A stretch of DNA of 64,000 nucleotides from Octopus vulgaris (lineage: Eukaryota). Each line of letters opens with the position of its first letter. Within the stretch, counting starts at the first letter, position 1. Shown piece by piece: positions 40,114 to 54,699 of this stretch. The stretch is from the NCBI GenBank assembly GCA_951406725.2, contig OX597825.1, positions 55,552,001 to 55,616,000 of the forward strand. Reading direction: 5' to 3'. The position numbers were made by a program, and so were the translations under genes. The notes below the pieces were generated by a model, which saw only the letters and a program-made list of their open reading frames with translations, was not told the DNA's origin and searched no databases.

Positions 40114-40490
40114 GGTGATGAACTGCTAGAATCATTACCGTACCAGACAGAATTCTTAATGGCATTGCGTCTGTTTTCATGTTCTGGGTTCAAATCCCCC
40201 TGAGGTCAACATTGCCATTCATTTATTCAGGGTCAATAAAATGAAGTAACAGTCAAGTACTGGGTTCAATGTAATTAATTAAGCCTTCCCACTAAATCTT
40301 AGGCCTTCAGCTTATACTAGAAACAATTATTATTATTTTCATTACCATTGTACTAAATGCCTTGCAATATTTGTTCTGGTGCTTTATGTTCTAAGATTAA
40401 ATCTTGCCACAGTTAATAATGCCTTTTATTTTTCTGGGATCAATAAAATATTGAACCACTCAAGTACTGGGTTATATATAATCAACTAAC
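39750..40490 (+). mobile_element. Cluster of three Nin/Deu-like SINEs (family B) at (ATT)n tracts
   Basis: Copies ~39750-39960, 40111-40330, 40350-40490 with gagttcaaattcc B box and gttgactttgcc...ggttgataaaata domain. Confidence 0.78.
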
Positions 40491-41365
40491 GAAAATTAGA
40501 AATAAGTATTTACATAAAACTAAACTACATAAATCATCATCATCAGCATCATCATCATCATTTTAATGTCCCCTTTTCCATGTTTGCATGAGTTGGGTGG
40601 AGTTTCTTTAGATGGATTTTCTACAGCTGCTTGCTCTACCTGTTGTCAACATTTATCTGTTTCCAAGTAAGGTAATCAAGAACTATGTGGCTGGGAAGCA
40701 AAATACTTGCCACACAGCCACACTTGTGCCTATACTACCATCCAACCATCCAACCACCCATCCACTCATCCATCCATCCATCCATCCATCTATCCATCCA
40801 TCCATACATCCATCCATCCATCCAAACATACATACATACATACACACATACATACATGCATACATACATACAGATAAGTGACATTTCAATAAGAGGAATA
40901 TAAAAGGAATTAAAACTTTCGCCATGTCAGGTTAAAATAGTTGGTTGTTACTCAGCCATTTTTTTATTCGCTTGCAAACGTATGCGGTCTTAAGAATACA
41001 CAAATTCTAATATTTCAAGTAGGTTCTTCACCATTTATTTTTCTAAGGAAAATCATGCCCTGCCATCCCCATAACCAAACCACAAAATTCTTGTCTCATT
41101 CATGTGACATGAATTTATTAAACTGAAATTTTATTGTTTTTTCATCATGTTCTGAAGTCATTTATTTAAAATAGTTACAGTTTTTTGCTGTTTTTTTTCT
41201 CTCTTTGCGTTGTATTCTTTATTCATGCTTGATATTCTTAAAGAATCTGAATGTTGCTATTTTGGAGCAATAGAGTAATTCAAAGAATACAGAATGGTAG
41301 CAGCAGAGATATATACTTACATATAATGATTGCAAATTCTAATGGTTGGCACTATGTAAAGAATG

Positions 41366-41410
41366 GCTTACCTGTAAAATAAAAGAAAGACAAAAGAATT
41401 ATTAATGACA
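41366..41410 (-). promoter_or_regulatory. Candidate recursive splice site (ratchet point) or strong 3' splice site
   Basis: Minus strand: cattaataattcttttgtctttcttttattttaCAG|GTAAGC, junction 41372/41371. Confidence 0.5.
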
Positions 41411-42261
41411 ATATAGAAAGTACAACAGGTGTATGTAAAACACATAAGCATATATGTAAATATGTGTATGCCTGTGTGTGATTGTAATACATACATATCT
41501 ATATACATGCAGACACACATGCACACACACACATAGAATGTAAATACAATGAAGAATTAGAAAAGGCCAAAGTTTAATAAATAAGGTCTTAGCTTAATAT
41601 TTGAATAGAAAGAAAAAAAGTATTGTAACGTTTCAGAAATTAGTGCTTCATCATAAGAGAGACAGAATCATAGAGGAAAGTGTGAAAGTGTGAAAGAGAA
41701 ACAGTCAGTGAGAGAAACCTATACATATATATATATATATATACACACACACATACGCATACACACACACACGCACGCACACACACACATATAGAAACCC
41801 AGAGAGAGAGAGAGAGATAGAGATTAATAAATGAAATAGTAAAACATCTTCCAACTTTATCTGGTTATGAATAGATTGTAAAAAGAAAGTGTTTACATAT
41901 GTCCACTGTTTCTCACTATGCAGCGTAATGATGGCTTATATACTCATGTCACTTACACAGAGAATACTCTATCATGCACTTAAAACACACACACAGACAC
42001 ACATGCACACATGGACCTACACATACATTTACACACATGGACGCATACACACACACACATTCTTTTCTCTTGCTGCTATATTTGTATATTATACATTGTA
42101 GATGAAAACAGAGCCAGGAGGACAAATACTGTAAAAACAGCATTTTACTTCTGTTTGAGCATAAAATTAAACGAAAAGAAAAAGATTCAGATGATAGAAG
42201 ACACAGTTAGATGTAATTTACTCCTGAAATATAATCCATACTATATACATATAAATATGTG

Positions 42262-42319
<58 letters not shown>

Positions 42320-42705
42320 CATATGTGTGTGTGTATGTGTATGTATGTATATATATATATATATACATATTTATATATATGTATGTATGTATATGTATAT
42401 ATGCATATGTATACATATGTATCTACATATATATGTGTGTGTATATATGCCTACGTACATACATACATACATAATATATAGATATGTGTGTGTGTGTGTG
42501 TGTCTTTACATCAATAGCACTGAAGTTAGAAAATTAAATATCAATATAGATAAAAACAAGGATATTGAGATATTAAGTTGTTATAAAAATATTTAATAGT
42601 GCTAATATTTTGATTATAAAAAGCCTTTTACGAAGGTTTAAGAGAACTATATAGAAAATGATAAGTTTAATTTTCTCTCTCTCTCTCTCTCTCCCTTTCT
42701 CCCTC

Positions 42706-42755
<50 letters not shown>

Positions 42756-42995
42756 CCTCTGCAGAGAGAGACAGACAGAAAGATGAGTAGAGTGAAGTTT
42801 CTTTCTCTACATACATGTACCTTCATAAAGGGGTTTTTATACCTGAAACATTGGAACTCATTAAACATTTTTCTAATAACTCAATACCTTTGTTTTTGCC
42901 CTCATTAATATCTAATCTACTGAGTAGTTTATTTTAGCCTAGTTTTGATTCTTACATATTCCATTATGCTTTGAGCAAATTACAGTACATATATG

Positions 42996-43034
<39 letters not shown>

Positions 43035-43532
43035 ATAAATATATACAAATACACATACAAATGCACACACATATATGTATTTATACACACATTGCTTTGA
43101 TCATCAGTTTGTGCTAAGCCCATGCTTCAGGCAATAACATGGTAGCATATCTTCAGTTTTACCAATATCCTCCTGTTAAAAACATAAGCATCAGGCTTGT
43201 TACATCAATGATTACCCCTCTCCCTCTCTGTATATATATATATATATATCTAAAATACTCATATACATAAATATATACATGTACATATTTATATATAAAT
43301 ATATATATATGTGTGTATGTACACACACACACACACACACATGTATGTATAACCAAGATTCTATTCTTGAGTACTAATTAGATTTAAATGTGACATATTT
43401 AATCTATTAATACTCTGAAGTAGATAATATTTTTTTTTTCTATTTGCTTGTTCATTTTGTTCTTTGTACATCATTTACATATGAAATATCTCTTAATATC
43501 CAGAGGAATTTTATTTCAGTATTATACTGCAC

Positions 43533-43910
43533 TGGTGTGGCTGTATGGTAAGACACTTGCTTCCTTGCGACATGATTCTGGGTTCAGTGTCATTTGGACA
43601 AGAGCCTTAGGCCAACCAAAGACTTCTGAGTAGATTTGATAGGTGGAAACTGAAAGACGTCTATTGAGTATATTATTTGTGTGTGCGTGCGTGTGTTGGT
43701 GTATCTTTGTGTTTGTCCCCCACTTCTGCTTGAGAACAAGTGTTGGTGTGTTTACGTCCCCCATGACTTAGTTGTTTGGCAAAAGAGACCGGTACAATTA
43801 GTGCTAGGCTTAAAAAAATAAATCTTGAGGTCGATTTGTTCTAATGAAATCCTCCAAGGTGGTGCTCCAGCTTTGCCGCAGTCAAACTGAAGCAAATAGA
43901 AGATAAAAGA
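43533..43910 (+). mobile_element. CORE-like SINE family A (older copy)
   Basis: gtgtggctgtatggtaag ... ggtgctccagc ... tail. Confidence 0.8.
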
Positions 43911-43988
43911 TATAAATATATTTCTTTGTGTGTGTGTGTATATATGTATATGTGTGTATGTGTGTATACATATGTATTTGTATGTATA

Positions 43989-44210
43989 CTCTTTACTCTT
44001 TTACTCTTTTACTCGTTTCAGTCATTTGACTGCTGCCATGCTGGAGCACCACCTTTAGTCGAGCAAATCGACCCCGGGACTTATTCTTTGTAAGCCCAGT
44101 ACTTATTCTATCGGTCTCCTTTGCCGAACTGCTAAGTGACGGGGACGTAAACACACCAGCATCGGTTGTCAAGCAATGTTAGAGGGACAAACACAGACAC
44201 ACAAACGCAT

Positions 44211-44255
<45 letters not shown>

Positions 44256-44420
44256 TACGACAGGCTTCTTTCAGTTTCCGTCTACCAAATATATTCACAA
44301 GGCTTTGGTCGGCCCGAGGCTATAGCAGAAGAAACTTGCCCAAGATGCCACGCAGTGGGACTGAACCCGGAACCATGTGGTTGGTTAGCAAGCTACTTAC
44401 CACACAGCCACTCCTGCGCC
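43989..44420 (-). mobile_element. CORE-like SINE family A, young, with 10-bp target-site duplication
   Basis: Full CpG-rich sequence; tgtatgtata flanks both ends (43979-43988 and 44421-44430). Confidence 0.93.
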
Positions 44421-45229
44421 TGTATGTATAAATATACATACATATATTATATATATTATATATTTATGTGTATATGCGTATACATATATTTATATGTATG
44501 CATATGTATATATATTTATTTATTACACACTCATATGCACACACAAAGTCCATGTTATTTTAATTAATTAATTTAATTAATTCAAGGGTCAATTAAAAGT
44601 ATATATACACTGATACATAATGAGCTTCCTCCTATTTATTGCACCAAACATACATATACACGCAATTATGTATACATATATATTTATAGGTTTATATACA
44701 TGTGTGTGTATATGTGTGTGTATATGTATTTGTTTGTGTGTGTATATATGTTTATCTACACAGTTTTGTGGTATTTGAATTTGGGGAATGTGTTGTTAGG
44801 TGTGGTGTCTGTAGTAGGAGTAATAATATCAGTTGATGTTGCGGTTGCGGTGGGGGTGGTGGTGATGTTTAAAGCTGAAGCAAATAAATAAATAAATGAA
44901 TATATATATATATATATACGAATCTTTTTGAAATAACATTCTGAACATTCGGTACAAAATGGTAATGGAACCAGAAATATTTTCACACTGGAATCATTTT
45001 CAACAGTCAACATTTAACCAAAATGTCAGTCTAAGTTTGATTGATGTTTTGGAATAATTACAAGTAATGGTTAAATCCTTGATCTTGTAGAGCTTGTAAT
45101 CAAGCATGTTCCAACCATGACCATCCTACAGACTTACTTTGATGTATGTTTTAGTTCTAGTTCACTCTTGATTCAGAAATCCTTATGATCAAACAAGTAC
45201 CTGGCATGACTATCTTATCTTTTTTTTTT

Positions 45230-45630
45230 TTTTACTTGTTTCAGTCATTTGACTGCGGCCATGCTGGAGCACCGTCTTTAGTCGAGCAAAACGACCCCGG
45301 GACTTATTCTTTGTAAGCCCAGTACTTATTCTATCGGTCTCCTTTGCCGAACTGCCAAGTGACGAGGACACAAACACACCAGCTTTGGTTGTCAAGCAAT
45401 GCTAGGGGGACAAACACAGACACACAAACACATACACACACATACACATATATATATACATATATACGACAGGCTTCTTTCAGTTTCCGTCTACCAAATC
45501 CACTCACAAGGCATTGGTCGGCCCGGGGCTATAGCAGAAGACACTTGCCCAAGATGCCATGCAGTGAGACTGAACCCGGAACCATGTGGTTAGTTAGCAA
45601 GTTACTTACCACACAGCCACTCCTGCGCCT
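45230..45630 (-). mobile_element. CORE-like SINE family A, young
   Basis: Near-identical to 43989-44420; ends cacagccactcctgcgcc. Confidence 0.92.
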
Positions 45631-46431
45631 ATCTTTATTTTCTGTGATAATGTACCTAAGAATACACAATCCAATATATTTGTCCTTTCTCAATATGGTG
45701 GTGTGCTATAAGATGTCAAGCTTGAAGAGTCATCAGCATGCTTGGCAAAATGCTCAGCAGAATATGCGTTCAAATCCTGCTGAGGTTGACCTTACTTTCA
45801 TCCATCGAAATTACTGGCCTTGTGCCAAAATTTGAGAGCAGTAAGATAGGATGTAATTTGTGGTAGATTTAGCTGCTATTTCTTGTATGTCCTATGACAA
45901 CATAGGGAATCTACTATTGGCACAAATTAAGAAGAATTGGTAAAATTGTGAAGGGATTGGACAAAGGTTATTTCACTTAATTTTACTTTATAGTAATTTA
46001 AGAATACTTCAAAAATTCCCAACTGGATCAACTTCATGGATTTTTAATGACATTGGTTTTAGAGTGGGGACAGAAACATGAGAGAGTGATCATTTATAGG
46101 AGTTGTATCAAATGGTAGCTGTGTGATAAGAAGCTTGCTTCCCAGCCACATGGTTCTGAGTTCAGTCCCACGGTGTGGCACCTTGGACAAGTGCCTTCTC
46201 CTATAGCCTCGGGCCAACCAAAACCATATGATTGGATTTGGTAGACAGAAACTGAAATAAACCTGTCATATATGTATGTGTGTGTGTGTGTATGTGTGTG
46301 TGTGTGCATGCGTGTGTGTGTATTTACACACATACATCCATATACACATATGTATGTGCATATATATATATTTATATATACATATATATGTATGTATATA
46401 TATATTTATATACATGTTTTATATATGTATG

Positions 46432-46463
<32 letters not shown>

Positions 46464-46508
46464 TATGTATATATATATTTATATACATGTTTTATATATG
46501 TATGTATA

Positions 46509-46543
<35 letters not shown>

Positions 46544-46699
46544 GTATACACAAGCATATATATACATGTATATACATATAAATATATATATATACATATA
46601 CATATACATACATATATATAGATATTATACATGTGTATGTGTTTGTGTGTGAGTGTGTGTGTATGTGTGTGGCTGTGTGTGTTTGTGTGTACCCATGAT

Positions 46700-46930
46700 T
46701 TGACATCATACTGTAAATGAGCATCATTGTCATGTAAGTGGTATAACATTGTTCATTTCCAGTCTTCCATGTAAAGATGTTTTGTCCTGGGAAAATATTA
46801 CCATGCTTGGAAACAGGTGGGGGTAGGTGACAGAGAGGTAATCTGACTGGTAAATCTGCCTCAACAAGTTCTGCTCAACTCATGCCAGCATAAGAGAGTG
46901 GGAGACAGGTATTGAATGATGATGATGATG
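46700..46930 (+). mobile_element. GAT-tailed retroposon, family C-related variant
   Basis: aaaatattaccatgcttggaaacaggtgg...caactcatgccagcat...gatgatgatg; related minus-strand copies at ~31205-31380 and ~40535-40680. Confidence 0.6.
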
Positions 46931-47144
46931 ACAATGATGATGATTACAACAATGATGATGACTGTATATCTGTGTGCTGAAGAACGTATACATTAAAATG
47001 CAAATATTTCCTCTCATAGTAATGAGGAGGTTCACATATTGTAGCCTTATGAGAATGACAAAATTGAATATTAGGAAATTACTGGGGGTCAATACTGTAC
47101 ACAAAATCCCTTAAAGAGGTGCTTCAACATGGCCACAGTGTATA

Positions 47145-47359
47145 CAGGGTGGCCTAAAAATAGGTTGACAGTTATTCAACTACCTCTTTCGCATTCATAT
47201 ATTAACAGTTTACATCTTAATTATATATGAAATATATGAAACCATTATTCTAGGCTAATTTAGTTAATTGTAAGATAGAAATTTAAAAGTAATAAAATGT
47301 TTTAAAAGGAATTTAAAGTGCCTACATAATTGGTATAAACCTTCTTTTGGGCCACCCTG
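47145..47359. mobile_element. Tc1/mariner-type MITE inserted into a SINE A tail
   Basis: TA|CAGGGTGGCCTAAAA ... TTTTGGGCCACCCTG|TA; flanks catggccacagtg / gactaaaaccag rejoin into the SINE tail. Confidence 0.88.
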
Positions 47360-47424
47360 TAGACTAAAACCAGAAAAAGAAGGGAAATACTTGTATCAAA
47401 TGTATGTTAGTATGTGTTCCTGCA

Positions 47425-47474
<50 letters not shown>

Positions 47475-47508
47475 TATATATGTATATATGTATATAAATA
47501 TGTATATA

Positions 47509-47564
<56 letters not shown>

Positions 47565-48066
47565 CATATATATATATATAAATATATATACATATAATAA
47601 AGAAGGAAAATGCACACAGTTAATATATTTTTTTTAATGTTTTATAAGATAGAATATTTCTATATTGTCTAATGGTTTTGCGTTTTGCTAATCATCACTG
47701 GGAAATTGGTGAAAATATTGCAATTTCATAGTATCTTAAGGATTTTTTATATATATATCTATATGCATACATATGAATATGAATGTGTGTGTGTATGTGT
47801 ATACATGTAAATTTGTCCATTTATATATATATATATATATATTTATGTGTGTTAATGTATGTATTCACTCACACATATGTATAGACAAATGGATTGATAT
47901 ATATATATATACACACACATATAAATATACTGAAATGAAGGCACACTACATACACATTGTTAAGAGCACGGAAATTTCTTTAGCTAACAGGTGCCCCAGC
48001 ATGGCCACAGCTCATGAGCTGAAACTAGAATCAATCAAAAAGACAGATGGACAGGCAGAAAGGTAG

Positions 48067-48181
<115 letters not shown>

Positions 48182-48904
48182 AAGGTAGGTAGATAGAAAG
48201 GTAGATAGATAGATAGATAGATAGGAATACTTAGACATAAATATGTATATCTGTGTATATGAAGACATTTTATATGTTAACAGCATCATGAAGATATCTC
48301 TTACTAAAGCAGTGAACTACCCTACATTGACTTTTACAATTAATTAAACAAAGATGCAGCTTGATCACATTTAAACCGCATAATTAAAATCATTAATCAT
48401 AATATTTAACAAAAGAGAAATTGCTATGTCAACTCATTTTTTAAATGTCATTTATATTATTTTTTAATTATCCTTTATTATTATTATTATTGTCATTATT
48501 ATTATTATTATTACTATTGTTATTATTGCTCTACAATATAAAGAAATGTTATTAGTCGTGTTGTGAATTTTTTTTACAGTTGTTTTAGTATTTTCTGCTT
48601 TGATTTGATTTTCTGGGGATTTTTTTTCTCTTTTCTGCTTTTTTTATCTGAAAATGTTTGTTCGTCAAAGCATGATAAAAAAATATTAAAAAGGCAATAA
48701 AAATAAACCAGAGAATATAAAAAAAATTATTTAAAAAAACTTTCATTTAATGTTGTTAAAGTGACAGACTTCTACTGAAACAGAAGTGATGGTCATGGGT
48801 TCTCATCATAGCATTTCCTATTTTGCACTGAATTTCCTGTGTAGCCCTCCAAGACAAATACCTTTGGTGAGTACCAATTCTCTTAAGTGAACTGATATAT
48901 ATGC

Positions 48905-48947
<43 letters not shown>

Positions 48948-48981
48948 TAGATAGATAGATAGATATGTATGTATATCTATT

Positions 48982-49012
<31 letters not shown>

Positions 49013-49244
49013 CATACATTGTTTCAGGTGTGACTGTGTGGCTGCTTGGGCAAGAGTCTTCTACCAAAGCCTTGTGTGTGGATAGAGAAGATACACACTG
49101 AAAAAATCCTGTCACATGCATGTATATATATATAGTAGAAATATGTTACAAAAAGAAAATATAAAATACACGTGGAAGTGTAAGGGTAAAATATGAAAAA
49201 TCAACGAAAATGCATATTGCAAACAAAAAAAGGTTATATATATA

Positions 49245-49551
49245 AGAGCCCCTTTGATCAAGTATGAGCATGGGATTACACCTCGCAAGTCCAGGCAAGT
49301 TTGCTTGTACAAGACCAGCAGTCACCCATGCATACCGGCTTCTCTTCTCCACACCACCACTGTTATCCAAGGGAAAGGCAAAGGCCAATACAGCTTGGCA
49401 CTAGTGACGTCGCAACTCATTTCTACAGCTGAGTGAACTGGAGCAATGTGAAATAGAGTTTCTTGCTGAAGAACACAACACACGGCCTGGTTTGGGAACC
49501 GAACTCACTACCTCATGATTGTGAGCTCAATACTCTAACCATTAAGTCATG
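49245..49551 (-). mobile_element. tRNA-derived SINE family D nested within a split SINE A (49025-49790)
   Basis: Same sequence as 15304-15611; SINE A halves lie on either side. Confidence 0.8.
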
Positions 49552-49877
49552 TATAGATATTATATGTGTGTATGTGTTTAGGTAGATATCTTTGTGTGTG
49601 TCTTGTGTTTTTGTGTTTTGTTATCCATCACTGCTTGACAACCAGTGATAGTTTGTTTACATCCCTGTAACTTATCAGAGATAGAATAAAAACTAGGCTT
49701 GAAAAAATATTTGCTGGATTGACTTGTTCAATTAAACCCTGTAAGTTTGTGCCCAAGCATGGCCATGGTCTAATGACTGAAACAAATAAAATGTTAAAGA
49801 CAAAATAAAAAATATGTATATATTATATATATTGTATTGCACACACACACACGCACACACACACGCACACACGCACG

Positions 49878-49922
<45 letters not shown>

Positions 49923-50419
49923 ATGAGTGTGTATATATGTACAAGTGAAACACTAGGTTTTCAAACAGCATCGTGTATTTCTCATCTTAGATGACAATAT
50001 CTTTAAACAAGATCTGATACAGAGTAAATGATATCGTTGAATTGCTCCCATGTAATAATATTTCTGGTGCCAGTGGAATGATGAATGCACTCAGTACACA
50101 GTAAATTAGTTGTCACGAGCTGTGTATAGTACAAGGCAACATGAAACGTTGGCTCTGTGTAGTAAAGCAGCAACCCCTAATAACAACTGATGCAGGCTAG
50201 AGGGGAATTCTTTAGTGTTCATCACATTGGACAACTCTGCTAGTGCTGACAGAACAATACAGCACTCCCACCACCACCACCACCACCGATACCATGTTTC
50301 TCACTCTCTGACATACACAACACCAAAATTGACCAGTTTACTTTCCTATCAGCTGTGTGTACACTGTAACATGGTCAAGATGGGAGCCTGTCCAACTCAT
50401 GCTAATATTAACAAATGAG

Positions 50420-50730
50420 GCTGGTGTCACTTAAGTGGCACTGATGCTGATTGCATGTAAAAGCACTTTTTGAGTGTTGGGCTTCGTGGAAGCAATGACA
50501 AATGACTGAGACTTTTGGCAATATGCTGTGCTTGAGAAGAAGACCCATCAAGCCAAATGAAATTGCAATTGTGACAGAAACTGGTGTCACACAACTGACA
50601 TCTGTGCTGGTGGCACGTAAAAGCACCCATTACACTCTCAGGGTGGTTGGCATTAGGAAGGGCAGGGTATCCAGCTGTAGAAACCATGCCAGCATGGACA
50701 ACAGACATTAAATGATGATGATGATGATGA
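50420..50730 (+). mobile_element. RTE LINE 3' end including the ORF C-terminus
   Basis: LGFVEAMTND*DFWQYAVLEKKTHQAK* (RTE-like DRxxWR C-terminus) followed by the family C 3' UTR and (GAT)n tail. Confidence 0.7.
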
Positions 50731-51767
50731 TATATGTATGTAAAAAGATGATGATGACAATGATGATAACAGTGATGATGGTAATGGTGATTATGACAAT
50801 GATGATGATGATGATGATGATGATGAGGAGGAGGAGGATGTTAGTGAGGACAGTAATGACTGATGTAATTTTGAATTTACAAATGAGTGTGAAAAAGTAT
50901 ACCTTCAACAATACACAGCCTTGAACAAATGCATAACCTCTACTCTGTGTAAAGTGCTCAGTACTTAGTACACAAACTAGAACTTGTATATTTATTTAAG
51001 GCTGTGGCTTCTCTTTCTAACTTTATATGGATTCACACATTTCTGCTTTTTTGAGCAGAAAAATGTGTATCTTTGAGTAGTGAAAGGAGGTAAACTCGCT
51101 CTATGTCTTTTTATTGACATGTCTATCTATCTAGCTGTCAGTCTCTCTGTGAAATCTCTCTCTCTTTCTTTCTCTATTTATCTATCTATCTGTCTGTCTA
51201 ACAACATGCCTATCTGTCTATCTGTATGTCTTTCTCACCAGGCATCTGCTTATCTTTCTCGCTCTCTATTTTTCTATCCATCTACATACCCAAATATAAT
51301 AAATCTATATGTGTGCACTTTTGTCCTTTGTCTATCTCACTGTCCAGCTATTCATCCACCCACCCACCTACCCATCCATCCATCCATCAATCCACCTTTC
51401 TATCTAACCTCACTGTCCATCTGTCTACCTATATACAATGAGGATGACCCAAATGAAACTTCAAAATCACTGCCAATATTTTTCCTTGTAAAAGTTTAAT
51501 AAATATGTCCTCTAATAAAAGTATTGAGCAGTCTTTCAGTTTAATATTAAATCATTTTTTTATATATATATTACTTGACATAAAATCAAACTCATATTTA
51601 ATGTCTATCTCTCTGTATCTGTCTGTCGAAAGAAACAAGGTAAGTACCAGGTTTAAATGAATAAGTACTGGGGTCAATTTATTCAACAATAAAAACCCTT
51701 CAAGGCAGAGCTCCAGCATAGCTGCAGTCCAATGACTAAAACAAGCAAAAGATATCACATACATACA

Positions 51768-51803
<36 letters not shown>

Positions 51804-51876
51804 TATTGTCAGTAAATCAGGAATCCAAAAGAGAAGCACACTAAATTATAGGGCAGCCAAATATTTAGATGAAGTC

Positions 51877-51985
51877 AGTTATGGCTGGTTCTTAGGGTTA
51901 CTCAGAGTTTTGCGTCTATAAAGCACTTGGCTTTACATGTCTTGTCAGACCCTAATAGCCAGTGGCCTATAACTGGCCATAACTA
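51877..51985 (-). ncRNA. CpG-decayed type I hammerhead in a ~190-bp cassette between microsatellites
   Basis: Minus strand ttagggt-CTGACAA-gacatgtaaagc..gctttatagacgc-AAAAC-tctga-GTA-accctaa; stems I and II largely intact, core positions G8 and G12 changed to A. Confidence 0.6.
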
Positions 51986-52073
51986 TGTTTATCTAAATAT
52001 ATATATATATATATATAATAGAGAGAGTGAGTGAGAGAGAGAGAGAGATAGATAGACAGATAGATATTATTTA

Positions 52074-52131
<58 letters not shown>

Positions 52132-52136
52132 CATAC

Positions 52137-52295
<159 letters not shown>

Positions 52296-52359
52296 GAGTG
52301 TGTTTAATTGGCAAAGATGACAGCTCCTAAGTATAACAATATCTATATCTATCTATCCA

Positions 52360-52408
<49 letters not shown>

Positions 52409-52739
52409 ATATCTATACATGTGCGTGTATGTGTGTAAACATATTCTCTCACATACTTCCCCTCCCCCCACCAGACAGTTACTTTATGTCCAATATTGGA
52501 TAAATGCTATGTTTTCACCAATCAATTTGCCATTGATATTTTTTTCCTTGCGGTGTCTTTAATCAATTAATTAGAAAGAGATGTTAAAAATAATTGGTAA
52601 TCCATTAATTTTTATATGTTACATATTTAACAAAAGAGATATTGCTGTGTGAACAGTTTCCAAAATGTCAGCATTTTGTTCTTTTTATTTATTCATATTT
52701 TATTTTTACAATATAAATCATTTTTTGCGGTTTTAATTC

Positions 52740-53445
52740 ATGGTGGTGGTGGTGGTTGTAGTGGTGGTGGTGGTTGTAGTGGTGGTGGTGGTTGTAGTGG
52801 TGGTGGTGGTGGATCTGGTCATTGTGGGTAGGGTGGTAGTGATGGTGGTGGTGATGATAATGGCAATAGCAGTGGTGGTAGTGGTGGTGGGGGTGGTGAT
52901 AGTGGTAGCAGTTGTAGTAGTGGTGGTGGTGGTGGTGGGGGATAATCGTTGATAGTGCTGGAGGTGGTGATGGTGTTGATGAAGGTTGTGGTAGTGATAG
53001 TGGTTGTGGTGGTGCTGGTGGTGGTGATGGTCGTGATTATGGGGATTATGGTAGAAGTGGTGGTGAGAATGATGGTGCTGGTGTTGGTGATGGAATTTAT
53101 AGCTGTGGTTATAATGGTGGTGATGGTGGTCGTCGTAATAATGGTTGTGATGGTGACCATGGTAGTGGTGGTGGTTGTAGTGATGATGGCGGTGAAGGCT
53201 GTAGTGGTGGTGGCTATTGTGAAGTAATAATAGATACTGGTGAAGCTGTTGGTGGTGTTGGTGGTGGTAGTGGTGGTGGTGGGTGGTTCATGTGAGGACA
53301 ATGGATTATGATTGTTATGATGGTTGTTGTTGTAGTGGCAGTAGTAGTGGTGTTGGCTGTGGTTGTTGCAGTGCAATGGTGGTGGTAGTGGTAGTAGTTG
53401 TGATTGTCTAATGATGTTGGTGGCGGCGGCAATGATGATGAAGGC
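52740..53445. repeat. Degenerate (GGT)n low-complexity tract
   Basis: Source of poly-V/T ORFs; similar tracts at 10300-10620, 36900-37290, 59720-60240. Confidence 0.9.
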
Positions 53446-54108
53446 AGAAAGAACTTTACTTTATAAAATTAATTTTTGCATCACATTTTCATTAATTTTT
53501 ACCTGTTTTTTTCTTAGTAAAGATTTCTTCGTTCTTAAAGTTTAAATAATTTCATGTCAAATATTTCAAATTTAATTTTAAAATGTCAAGTAAGTCCTAA
53601 TTTGAAAAAAAAATTTTATTGGTTGTTGTTCTTTTATTGTATTTTTTTTCTTACTATCATATTTTTTTGCTTCTTATTTTTCTCCTGGTTAGATTTTTTC
53701 AGTCATATATTAAGTTGGTTTATGAAAATTAAACAATTAAAATCAAAAAGCTATTGCAAATTTTATATATTTTCTTTTGGCAGTTTTCCATTTTATCTTG
53801 CTTCTCATCATCATCACCATCATTATCCTCATCATCATTGTCATCATCATCATCACCATTGTCATTATCATCATTGCTGTTATCATCGTTATTTTTACTA
53901 CTAATAATTATTATTAATATTGTTGTTGTTGTTATTTTATTATAGTTACTATCATCATTATTATTATTGTCAATGTTTGCATTATCTATTACAATTATTT
54001 CTATTATTACCATTATTGTTGTTGATGCTATCATCATTGTTATTATCATAATTCTCATTAATATTTCTATTACTATTATTATCCTTGTATTTGTTGTTGT
54101 GGTTATTA

Positions 54109-54164
<56 letters not shown>

Positions 54165-54699
54165 GTTGTTGTTGTTGTTATCACATACGGAAGTAAACAG
54201 ACATTTATGTGAAAACCTGCAGAAAAAGTAATCATTTTTAACCAAATTACCTTCCAAAAAAATATTCTCCCCACCCACTTTGCTAGCAGAAGATTTTTTT
54301 AATTGCTTGAATGTTTAAACCATTCTCTAGAACAGAAGAAATGTTTGTCTTTACATATTTTAGACTGTTTATGTATTTAGCAAATAGCCAATTGTAATAT
54401 TTGCACAAGATGACCATCTCAGAAATAGTAGGAAGAGGTGTTTACCTCTGGGGGTGGTAAATAATAGAAACAAATATACTTCTAAATTATTTTCAAATTA
54501 CAGAGATATCAAGATTTAAAAGACAAACAATGAAAAAAATATATACCACTAGAACTTCAAGCTTTAACCTTATTGTTCTCTCTGGGGTCTTACTAATGAA
54601 ACACTGTTGTTTCATTAATTTGAACAATTGTAAAAACAGTTAGAACTACACCTGTTACAATAATAGAAATGATCTACCTTTTGAAGCATTGTGGATCAA

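Noticed and set aside
54188-54240. Strong minus-strand acceptor (tactttttctgcag) and similar isolated splice-like sites near 18345-18440 and 61230-61290
   Set aside because: Weak paired donors or stops in all frames; such sites are expected by chance in 64 kb of AT-rich DNA.
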